Part shown: positions 41,374 to 52,457 of the stretch, piece after piece | Position numbering within the stretch: position 1 is the first letter of the stretch | Layout: every line of letters begins with the position of its first letter | NCBI GenBank assembly: GCA_964016885.1 | Contig: OZ024765.1 | Coordinates: 19,468,001 to 19,532,000 of the forward strand | Source: Eledone cirrhosa | Taxonomy: Eukaryota | Length of the DNA stretch: 64,000 nucleotides | Direction: 5' to 3' | The notes under the pieces: model-generated | What the model was told of the DNA's origin: nothing | The model's input: the letters and a program-made list of their open reading frames with translations, nothing else | Database searches by the model: none | Program-made: the position numbers and the translations under genes

Positions 41374-41520
41374 GTTCATTGTGTGGTATATATTTATATA
41401 TATGTATATATATAAATATATTATATGTATGTATGTATATATATATATATAAAACAAAAAAAAAATATATATATATACATATATATGATGTGTGTATGGT
41501 GTGTATATGCATATATATGA

Positions 41521-41567
<47 letters not shown>

Positions 41568-41930
41568 GATGTGTGTGTATATATATATATACACATATAT
41601 ATGATGTGTGTATATATATATATATGATATGTGTGTATATATATATATATATGAGTGGATACTTTGGCATAAATTGAACTGTTTTTATGTATACATATAT
41701 TGTATGCATATATGTGGGTATATATGTATATGCATGTATATATATGTATGTATATTTATATATATGTATATATATATATATGTATCTATGTATACATATA
41801 ATGTATATGTATGTATATATACATACATATATTTTTTTCAATGTGTTTGCTATGTTGGATTTGAAACCTTGCCACCAACTTTAAAACTGAATCAGTCAAA
41901 TCTCTTCTCCCCTCCTCTCGCACAACTCTC

Positions 41931-41999
<69 letters not shown>

Positions 42000-42934
42000 A
42001 TATATATATTTATATTTTATAACATGTCATGAACAAAAAAAAAAAAACAGGATCATTTTGTTTGTGTTTTTATTTTATTTTTCTCTATTCTATTCTTTAT
42101 TAGCTATATTTGTAGTTCTGATGGTGGTGGTGATGATTATGGTAATGATAAGGTTTATGGAGATGATGATGATAATTGTGGTACTGGTGATAACGATTAT
42201 GGTGATAATGGTTTTGGTGATGATGATTATGGTGGTGATAATGATTATGGTGATGATGATGGTGTTAATGAGTTGTACTGTGTCTCTTACCACTTCTTCC
42301 ACCCCCATCTCTCCCTCCATAAAAATATGTCTGCACTTGTCTTTATGTTACAAACAATTCTATTTTGAACCCTGAGTGAGAATGGGTTGATTAGAGCATC
42401 AGACAAAATGCTTCGTGATGTTTGTTCTGGCTTTCTGAGTTCAAATCCTACAGAGGTCAACTTTGAATAAGAACCTTAAAATATGAGGAATTGTTTCATG
42501 GAACCAGAGCCAGTTTTAGCCTGGTTGGTATTGAAACGTTTAAGAAAGTGTGTATGCATGCTCCCATAACTTTTGAGTGAGTCATATGGCTGCTGTATAG
42601 AAATAGTGTTTCTAGGGCATTTTTAAAAACCTGGTGGAGCCTCTCTCCTCTCCAGCAGATTTCTTCCAGAGAATGGAAGTGAGAGGCATAAAGGAAGAAT
42701 CAACCTTATATAGATAAAAGTTGACCTTAGCAGTAAGTATGGTGTTGATAAAGGAAGGCATTAGAGTGTGTAGTTTCATAATTTTGAGTTCAAATCCCAC
42801 TGGAGTGAAGTTTGTCTTTCGTACATTGAGTTTCATCTAAGAGGTACCAGTAATATATTGTAACCAACTACTACAACTTTCTTACCAAAAATTGGCCTTT
42901 TCTTTGTATATAAATATGTACATACATATTTCTT

Positions 42935-43574
42935 TCATTTCATTTTCCGTCCGATTTTTCACTGCTTACAAGGGTGGGACGGGAACTGATTCTGGCTTGA
43001 TTTCTACAGCTGGATGCCTTTCCTAACCCCAACCTCATTTACAGTGAGTGCTGGGTGCTTTTTTGCCGTGGCACCTCTACGACCACTTTGCAGTGGAATG
43101 ATATGGACCCCAGTCCCTCTCATCTCATTTCTACAGCTGAGTAAACTGGAGCAAAGTGAAATAAAGTGTCTTGCTCAAGGAAACAACACATCACCCATAT
43201 ATATTACCTTTTCCATGGAAATACTTAACATATATATATATATTATGGAGGCACATGGCTTAGTGGTTAGAGCATTGGCCTTGCAATCGAAAGGTTGTGA
43301 GTTCAATTCTCAGACTGGGTGATGTTGTTTCCTTGAGCAAGACACTTTATTTCACATTGCTCCAGTTTACTCAGCTGTAGAAATGAGATGATAGGGCTGA
43401 GGTCCATATCATTCCACTGTAAAGTGGTTGTGGAGGTGCCATGGAAAAAAAAGCACCCAGCACTCACTGTAAATGAGGTTGGTGTTAGGAAGGGCATCCA
43501 GCTGTAGAAATCAAGCCAGAATCAGTTCTCGTCCCACTCTTGCAAGCAGGGAAAAAGCGGAGTAAAATGATGAT
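42935..43574. mobile_element. Two SINE family A copies in inverted orientation (42935-43197 minus and 5'-truncated; 43245-43574 plus)
   Basis: Similarity to 19258-19608. Confidence 0.88.
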
Positions 43575-43839
43575 ATATAGTCGAATAAATGAACAGAGAG
43601 GCAGTACAAATGGTATGGTTTTTAGTTTCACACTAAAGGTAATCATCCAGAAACATTAGTGTCTGCAGTTCTGTTTACATGCCAACACAAAAGCGAGGAT
43701 GATGGGGTGGGTATTTCTACTGACGTGGCTTAAATAGGCTGTTTGCATAATTGTAAACGAATCGAATATTATTATTAATATTTGAAAAACTCGGGTTACA
43801 TTTATTGTATCCAGCCATATAGAGCAATAAACTATGTTA

Positions 43840-43869
<30 letters not shown>

Positions 43870-43873
<4 letters not shown>

Positions 43874-44421
43874 AAAGACGACAGCTGTATAAAAAAGTGC
43901 AGGGCGATCAAAATAGACAGTAGCTACGGAGTAGGCAGACCCAGAAAAACCTGGGATGACTTGATAAATTCCAACCTCACTAAGACAACGTTGCTGAACC
44001 GAGACCCTTGGCGCTATGCAGTAATGCAGAAGACCTGCCTTGCCTAAGTACAACCTGCCTTGCGAAAGCTACAGTCAGTAGGCACCTCATAACCAAAATA
44101 CACCCCCGTCCCCCTACCCCCACTGCCATCTACACCACCCCTTTCGATGTAAAGCTATGTTGGTACCACAACATCCAGTCCTAAATAAATGAGGTGTAGG
44201 TGTCACGACAAAAAAACAGTCCACACTGTAATGTGGCCATGTAGGTAACACGGTAAAAACCTCCCAGTCCACACTGTAAATGTGGTTGGTGTTAGGAAGG
44301 GCATCCAGCCGTAGAAAACCTGCCAGACAGTCCAGAGCAAGACAACCACTCTTGCCTCAAGTGGGACAATTCCCATCCAGACCCATGCTAGCATGGAAGA
44401 TGGACGTTAAACGATAATGAT
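43870..44421 (+). mobile_element. RTE LINE 3' fragment, same family as 19950-20622
   Basis: GVGRPRKTWDDLINSNL; collinear 3' UTR ending ggacgttaaacgat. Confidence 0.85.
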
Positions 44422-44674
44422 GCGTGTGTGTTAAGAGGAGGAAACTGGTGTCGTTTCGTCATGTCACGACATGTCAGCCTGTGCAAGACCATCATGCAAG
44501 GCACTGTTGAAGGTGGACACAGGAGGGGACGCCAATGTAAAAGAATGGACGCAAATGATGACACCAGATTTGTTGACGGCCACCGTTGATAGACTGTTTT
44601 GAGTGTGGGCTGCTTCTGCTCCTACAACTACAGAAGTCAAGGGGACTGTTGATGTGTATATATATATATATATT

Positions 44675-44998
44675 GTGAAGGTACATAGCTTAGTGGTTAG
44701 AACACTGGGTTTGCAATCTAGAGGTTGTGAATTCAGTTCTCAGACTGGTTGATGTGTTGTGTCCTTGAGCAAGACACTTTATTTCGTATTGCTCCAGTTC
44801 ACTCAGCTGTAGAAATGAGTTGCGACGTAACTGGAGCCAAGCTGTATTGGCCATTGCCTTTTCCTTGAACAAGATCAGTGGCGTGGAGAGGGGACACTGG
44901 TATGCATGGGCGACTGCTAGTCTTCCACAAACAACCTTACCTGGACTTGCGCCTCGGTGCAGATGGTCATTTGTGACCAAAGGAGGTCTTTACCCTTT
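44675..44998 (+). mobile_element. tRNA-SINE with family A head and core but a different 3' part
   Basis: tagcttagtggttag...gtccttgagcaagacactt...; diverged sister copy at 45305-45610. Confidence 0.8.
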
Positions 44999-45840
44999 TA
45001 TGTGTATCATCACCACTACCGTTCTTTTCACCATCCCCTACCTTTCTCTTACACGCACATACATTCACTCAGGCAGCAGACGTAAAGAGGGGGGAGTAGT
45101 ATGAGGGAGTCAAACTACCCCTCTCTTTACGTCTTATGACAGAATCGCAGAAATTTATATATAGATTCACATTTCTCAGTTCTCTTATGTATTCCTAAAA
45201 CATCCCACGTAATTATATTGGGTTAACTGAAATATAAGTTGATGGTAATGGTATTGAAACTAATGAGGAATTTGGTGCGATAAACTATTTACAAAAATAT
45301 ATATAGCTGTAGCTACGTGGCTTAGTTGTTAGAGTGTTGAGCTCACAGTCGTAAGGTTGTGAGTTTGGATCCTGAACTGGGTGGTGTGTTGAGTTCTTGA
45401 AAAAAACAGTTTATCTCATGTTGCTCCTGTTGACTCAGCTGTTGAAATGAGTTGTGATGTCACTGGTGCCAAGCTGTATCAGCCTTTGTCTAATGCTTGG
45501 GCAACATCGGTGATGTGGAGAGGAGAGACTGGCATACACGGGCATACTACTGGTCTTCCACAAAGACACTTTGTTCAGGCTTGTGCCTCGGAGGGGAACC
45601 TTTTAGGTGCATAAAATTGACTATGACACCTGGTTTCAGCATGCTTCCTCAAGGGTGCCACCCTTGAAAAGGCTTGGCGTAACCACCTAACTTCACGATT
45701 GGGTTTTTACCTTCCTCTATACCTATTCTGCTTCTTCCCATGCATAGAGTACACCCCTGATTTGTGGTCTCCCCAGTATCGCTACCACAGACTTTATATA
45801 TTTATATATACATATACATATATATATATATATATATATA

Positions 45841-46178
45841 TCATCATCATCATCATTTTACGTCCGCTTTTCCCTGCTTGGGAGGGTGGGACTGGAACTG
45901 ATTCTGGCTTGATTTCTACAGCTGGATGCCCTTCCTAACACCAACCTCATTTACAGTTGAGTGCTGGGTGCTTTTTTGCCATGGCACCTCCACGATCACT
46001 TTGCAGTGGAATGATAGAGACCCCAGTCCCTATCATCCATTTCTACAGCTGAGTAAACTGGAGCAATGAAATAAAGTGTCTTGCTCAAGGAAACAACACA
46101 TCACCCGGTCTGAGAATTGAACTCACAACTTTTCGATTGCAAGCCCAATGCTCTAACCACTAAGCCATGTGCCTCCAT
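45841..46178 (-). mobile_element. SINE family A copy
   Basis: Reverse complement of 19258-19608. Confidence 0.9.
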
Positions 46179-46477
46179 ATATATATATATATGATTTGAC
46201 AACTTCCCTAGTGTTGGTGATCTACATAATAAATGCATCCAGTACATGCTGTAAAGTGGTTGGTGATAGGAAGGGCATCTAACTGTAGAAATCTTGCCGA
46301 ACAAAAGGTTGGGAGGACTCTCAGTTGTGTCAAAGGTATGAAAACTTCTGAGCACTTAATGAATCATGCCTGGGAGATCAGAGGCTTCGCTTCAGTAGTG
46401 ACATTGTCTATGTAGACCCGTCCAACCCTTGCTAGCAGGGTGTTAAAATGACAATGATATATATATATATACACACA

Positions 46478-46600
46478 TGTGAAGGCGTGTGGCTGAGTGG
46501 TTAGAGAATTGGATTCGCAATCGTAAGGTTGTGAGTTCGATACCTGGACCAGGCGATGCGTTATGTCCTTGAGCAAGACACTTTATTTCACGTTGCTCCT
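46478..46600 (+). mobile_element. SINE head and core fragment
   Basis: ggcgtgtggctgagtggttagag...gtgagttcgatacc...gtccttgagcaagacac. Confidence 0.75.
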
Positions 46601-46894
46601 TCTACCTGGAGTTGCGACCGATAGATAGTATTAGCAATTGGAAAGACCAACGGAAACATTGTTCCCTCGGTCCGATTTGACGAAAGTCGATCGTTCCTTT
46701 ATATACACACATCATCCACATCTAGAGTAAGGACCAGATACAGCACTAGTTTGGAGTTCAAAGAGCTAAAAGATGTACAGGAGGGTTGATGTAGATCTTT
46801 TCAAGAAACATCTTAATATTCTGATATTTAAGATCCCAGATGAAACCTCATGATGCCAAAGAAGTACAGATTACATTTACATGTACATATACAT

Positions 46895-46928
<34 letters not shown>

Positions 46929-47411
46929 CCAGACACCTTGTGGATTGTCCCTCTGTTGACCACTGCTCTTTTAATGACTATTCTAGTGTTGAGTTTTCTC
47001 ATTTCTATCATCGTCATTGTTTAACGTCCATTTAAAATCTAACCAGGTTTGTCCCATTTAGAGGCAAATTAGGTCAGGTGACCATGTCTCACTCATATAA
47101 GACTGTTTCTGGCTGGTTTTCTTTGGCTGTATGCCCTTCCTAGCACCAACCACATTTCCAGTGTGGACTGGGTATTTTTTACCGTATTTCCCACACGGCC
47201 AAATTACAGTGTGGGCTGAATGTTTTGTAGTACCAACATAACATATACACACACATATGATAATGGTATATATATATATATATATAACCATTATATTTAA
47301 TTTGTCATGTTAATACTTATGGTATATAAATATTGAGTTTTGTTGTAATTAATCACTGCCAAGACTGGAATTGAACCATCAGCACAGTTGAGGTATGTCA
47401 TACATCAATTT

Positions 47412-47483
47412 ATATATTTTATCTGATGAGGACGTACTGAAAAAACAGCACAGTACCTCCGAAATATATATAATAAAATATAT
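47412..47483 (+). ncRNA. Type-I HHR, the best-formed in the window
   Basis: atatattttat CTGATGA gga c gtactg (11-nt loop) cagtac c tcc GAAA tatata TA ataaaatatat; 11-bp stem I, G10.1-C11.1 pair, palindromic stem III. Confidence 0.85.
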
Positions 47484-47589
47484 TTTGATTACGTGAATGT
47501 CTATATTTATTAATATTTTGAATTAATATATATATATATATGTATATACATGTCATCATCACCTCTATCGTACGTCCATTTTCCACGCT

Positions 47590-47900
47590 AGCATGGTATT
47601 CAAAAAAGTGTTCAGAGTTGGCAAGATGGTTAATAATTTTGTGGCTGTTTAAGTCAGTTGCCAGACATCGGAGCTTCAATGTATCTATGCACAGGAAAGC
47701 AAGGTATTCAGAGTATGGTAGATGCCTGATAGAAGGTATTCGCTTGGTTGCACGTCTCTGAACAGTTTCCAGGCGGTCAATGTTCTGAGCAAGATAGGGG
47801 TTCCAGACTGGTAATGCAAATTCTAAGTGTGGCCACACCATAGCTATGTACAGCTTTAAATAGAGAACTGGAGAGCGGCTGACAAAGGGCTTGCTGAGTG
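47590..47900 (-). pseudogene. CR1/L2-type LINE RT C-terminal fragment
   Basis: PHLEFALPVWNPY....DRLETVQRRATKRIP......YSE.L......L..R. Confidence 0.85.
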
Positions 47901-47959
47901 TATGTACTCAAATACACTCACTTCGCCTTGATCAGAGACAACATTAGCCTTTGTCAAGG

Positions 47960-48336
47960 CAGAATTCTAGGAGAAGGAAAACTCTGATATAACACCTGCA
48001 ACCCTGATGGTATCCAATGATGTTGACTCGTTCTTTTTGGTAAATATCATCTTGGTTAAGAGAGTGGGACTGGCTTTGTGCAGTGCCTTTGCTCACTATA
48101 AAAGCTTCACGGCACAGGCATTGCTTTATATCTGGAGATCTCTCTGCACTTGTCGTCACATGGTACCATGGGCCCAGCACTATGTGTCAATAATTGTCAC
48201 AAGTGTAGTGTTTGTACCGGAGTTTTCAAGTCGCTGGCTGGACTAAAATGTCACACTCGTTCAGCGCATCGGTAGGGGTTCTCCTACATGGATATAAAGT
48301 AGTGGCCGTACTCGAAAACGAGTTGGCAGCCACCAT
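47960..48336 (+). mobile_element. Second copy of the ~370-bp dispersed repeat
   Basis: Reverse complement of 32787-33157. Confidence 0.75.
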
Positions 48337-48654
48337 GTGTATGTATGTATGTGCGTATATACGTGTGTGTATGTAAATCTGTGTGTGTGGATATATGTGT
48401 ATGTAAATCTGTGTGTATGTATTGGTGTGAGGGGATGAGTGTATGTAAATGTGTGTATGTAAATCTGTATGTATATGTGTGTATATATGTGTTTGTATAT
48501 GTGTGTGTATGTATATATGTGTATGTAAATCTGTGTGAGGTGATGTGTGTATGTAAATCTGTATGTATATATATATGTAAATCTATGTATATGAGTGTAT
48601 GTAAATCTCTGTGTATGAATGTGTGTGAGGGAATGTATGTGCGTATTTATGTGT

Positions 48655-48965
48655 CGTCATCATCACTGTTTTACGTCCGTTCTTTCACGCTAGCATGGGT
48701 TAGACGGGTTGTCCTGTTGTGGGCAGTGTCTGGTCGGCTGACCATGCCTTGCTCATACAGGAACTGATTCTGGCTTGACTTCTACGGCTGGATGCCCTTC
48801 CTAACACCAACCTCATTTACAGTGAGTGCTGGGTGCTTTTTCGTGGCGCCTACACGTCCACTTTACAGTGTGGGCTGGGTGCTTTTTTGCCGTGGCACCT
48901 CCACGCCCACCTTGCAGTGGGAGGTGTGGGGGCATATTGTCTATATGCTTCAGCTTGTACCCATG
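48655..48965 (-). mobile_element. RTE/SINE 3' tail fragment
   Basis: catcactgttttacgtcc...ggatgcccttcctaacaccaacc. Confidence 0.8.
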
Positions 48966-49269
48966 GGAGGTCGGGTACTCTGTATTACTGCGTGACGCCA
49001 GAGGTCACGGTGTATGTATGTATATGTGTGTGTCTGTATGATGTATGCCTATGTATGTATATGTGAGTCTGTATGTGTGTATACATATATATACATGTGT
49101 TCTATACATCTACACCCAGTGTAATAATTCAACACAAACAAATCAATGACATAAGTTGATATTATTAACAGAACCAGGAGTAACAACTCAAAGTATTGAG
49201 TACTTGCCTCAACAATGGTCTCACTCATCTAAACTCTCTTATTCGGGAAGATTTGACTGCTTATTCTGG

Positions 49270-50105
49270 CAGGTCGAATAACAACGATAGCTGCTCCTTT
49301 GTTGACTGTTGTGATTTGAGGGAGTTTTGGCTGGTGTTTCTAGCAGGTCTAATAACAACGATAGCTGCTCCTTTGTTGACTGTTGTGATTTGAGGGAGTT
49401 TTGGCTGGTGTTTCTAGCAGGTCTAATAACCACGTTAGCTGCTCCTTTGTTGACTGTTGTGATTTGAGGGAGTTTTGGCTGGTGTTTCTAGCAGGTCTAA
49501 TAACCACGTTAGCTGCTCCTTTGTTGACTGTTGTGATTTGAGGGAGTTTTGGCTGGTGTTTCTAGCAGGTCTAATAACCACGTTAGCTGCTCCTTTGTTG
49601 ACTGTTGTGATTTGAGGGAGTTTTGGCTGGTGTTTCTAGCAGGTCTAATAACAACGATAGCTGCTCCTTTGTTGACTGTTGTGATTTGAGGGAGTTTTGG
49701 CTGGTGTTTCTAGCAGGTCTAATAACCACGTTGGCTGCTCCTTTGTTGACTGTTGTGATTTGAGGGAGTTTTGGCTGGTGTTTCTAGCAGGTCTAATGAC
49801 CACGTAAGCTGCTCCTTTGTTGACTGTTGTGATTTGAGGGAGTTTTGGCTGGTGTTTCTAGCAGGTCTAATAACAACGATAGCTGCTCCTTTGTTGACTG
49901 TTGTGATTTGAGGGAGTTTTGGCTGGTGTTTCTAGCAGGTCTAATAACCACGTTGGCTGCTCCTTTGTTGACTGTTGTGATTTGAGGGAGTTTTGGCTGG
50001 TGTTTCTAGCAGGTCTAATGACCACGTAAGCTGCTCCTTTGTTGACTGTTGTGATTTGAGGGAGTTTTGGCTGGTGTTTCTAGCAGATCTAATAACAACG
50101 ATAGC
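49270..50105. repeat. 74-bp tandem repeat (~11 copies)
   Basis: Unit ataacaacgatagctgctcctttgttgactgttgtgatttgagggagttttggctggtgtttctagcaggtcta. Confidence 0.97.
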
Positions 50106-50296
50106 AGAATTTGTTGTCGGCCCGTGACATTTGAGGTAGATTTGGCTGCTATTTCTCACGAATTTGTACATCAACGAGGAAATTACAGTAATTCAGAAAT
50201 AGAATAAATAACGTATGTAAATAATACAAAAGAAAGTAAATTGCAAGACACCCATATATGAAAAATTCATTTTAAAAAAAAAATAGTAGTTTTCCT

Positions 50297-50369
50297 CATC
50301 CCTGGTGGGATTCGAACCCACGACCTCTGGATTAGAAGTCCAGCGCGCTATCCCCTGCGCTACAGGGAC
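50297..50369 (-). tRNA. tRNA-Arg(TCT), intronless
   Basis: GTCCCTGTAGCGCAGGGGATAGCGCGCTGGACTTCTAATCCAGAGGTCGTGGGTTCGAATCCCACCAGGGATG; full cloverleaf; oligo-T terminator ~15 nt downstream; TATA-like element at about -30. Confidence 0.93.
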
Positions 50370-51200
50370 TACTGGTAATGCTGCTGTCAAATACCTTATA
50401 TATAGATAGCACTCTCATTGCCGTGTAATTTCAGCAAGTGTCGTTTATAGAATATAAATAAATTATATATATATATCGTTAATTTTTCCTTAAGGTTTCT
50501 TAATATTTTTAGCTAGGAAGACTATTTTAATGAAATTAACTCGTGTCAGTGTCAGTTTATAGAAAAGCTATTTGTTAGATTTAGAAGCAGACGGTCGTGT
50601 CGAGTCGCCATGTTTATATTCTGTTCTCTCTATCTTTCTCAATGTTTTTCCTAAATTGGGGGGTGGGGATAGGGTAAAAAAAAAGAAAAAAATAATTTTT
50701 TTTATTGATTTTCTTTGATTGAAATCAGAGAAGAACATTCATCGATCATATATTTGATATATTTTTGTTGGTTGTCTATGAACATATTTCCCCGCGGCCA
50801 CATGTGAAAAGAGAGAGGTACAAGTGTAGAATAACGTCGGCAACTAACTAACTACAACAATAAAAAGATATTAATAATAATGTAAGCACAATTTTAATTT
50901 TAATTTTGATTAATGTTTTCGTATGTGAGGGATGTGGCAAAAAAAGAAAACATGCTTCATTTTTTGAAAAATAAACTTTCTTTTATTAGAATCATCAAAG
51001 CATACAAACATCATTGATTGCCATCTACAATATTATATCACACACTTGTATGATATAATCGTTGTTACTGTGAATATATGGTCAATTTATAGAACAACCC
51101 CTCGATTTCAGTGGGAAAAACGTTTTTGTCCTCGAGTCTTTTCGTGTTATCAACTTATCTAACTGCTCGTAATCGACTTTTTTTGCAGGAAAACGGAAAT

Positions 51201-51421
51201 TCTAACCCTAAACCCTAACTCTAAGTTTAACACTAACCCTAAACCATATCCTCAAACCCTATCCCTAATCCTAAACCCAAACTCTATCCCTAAACCTTAA
51301 CCCTAAACCCTAACTTTGATTAACCCTAACTATAAACCCTAAACCCAAACTCTATCCCTAAACCTTAACCTTAACCCTAACCTTAACTCTAATCATAACC
51401 CTAACCGTATCCCTAAACTTA
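51201..51421. repeat. Degenerate (CCCTAA/CCCTAAA)n telomere-like tract
   Basis: ctaaccctaaaccctaactctaa...ccttaaccctaacc. Confidence 0.8.
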
Positions 51422-51734
51422 ATATTTTCTTTTTATATATATTCGTTTTGTTTCTGTGAAATATTTATTTGATTTATATGAAATATATAATTAAATATAA
51501 GATATAGATGCCTATACTCTAAAATAAAAAGAAAACAATCCTTAACCGGAAGCTTTTTTTAGTTTTGGCGGCACAAAATCTAAATATTTTCCACTCGACA
51601 CCCTTCCCTTATCAGGGGAATTGTTTGAAAAGATCCCAGACCTCATTCACTTCTCCAGTGGAACTTGTGAAAGTGGACCAAGGAAGCAATGTTTCCATTG
51701 TCACAACTCCTGACAGATTTATTTATCAAAGTCT

Positions 51735-52110
51735 GTCTCAAGCCCGGAGGCTCCATCAGGCCGATGTTTATCCTAGGTTCCGTGGCGTTACGTGACTGAG
51801 AGTACAAGACTCCTAATCCCCCTGGACAGGACACCAGTCCATTACAGTGTTAAAGTATGTCTCAAGCCCGGAGGCTCGCCAGGCCGGTGTTATCTCGCTT
51901 TCTGTAGTGTTAAGTGACTGAGAATACAAGACTTCTCCTGGACAGGACGTCAGTCCATCGCAGAGTTAAACCCCCAGCTATTGCTGGTACTCATTTTCAG
52001 TTGAGTATACTGGAGCAGCGTGAAATGATGTTTTGATAAAAAACACAACAGACAACTCAGTCCAAAAACACAGCACAAAACCCAGTCCAGGAATCGAACC
52101 CACGACATTA
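51735..52110 (-). mobile_element. tRNA-SINE (third tail type) with duplicated ~115-bp 3' segment
   Basis: B box gggttcgattcc on the minus strand; core ctccagtatactcaactg; ctcaagcccggaggct...ccagtccat occurs twice. Confidence 0.7.
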
Positions 52111-52309
52111 TGATCCTAATTGTTTCTACTTTTAGCACAAGGCCAGCAAAAACCCAGTGTATTACTGGTACTTTATGATCATAATGCCACTAGGCCACGC
52201 ACCTGAACCATTTGCTTATAGAGCTAGGCAAAATAGAAATTAATTAAAATAAGATTTGAAAAATATAGAAACTTAAAATAAATAAATTAAAAAAAAAAAA
52301 AAAGTAATG

Positions 52310-52381
52310 AGGTCTCACCGAGACTTGAACTCGGATCGCTGGATTCAAAGTCCAGAGTGCTAACCATTACACCATGAGACC
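52310..52381 (-). tRNA. tRNA-Gln(TTG)
   Basis: GGTCTCATGGTGTAATGGTTAGCACTCTGGACTTTGAATCCAGCGATCCGAGTTCAAGTCTCGGTGAGACCT; T15 terminator right downstream. Confidence 0.95.
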
Positions 52382-52457
52382 ACTCTTGCGGGCGCCGCTC
52401 AAATTTAACTAGTTGTTCAGAGAAGCTGTCAGCTTGTGAGCGCCGGGTTTAATTCTA

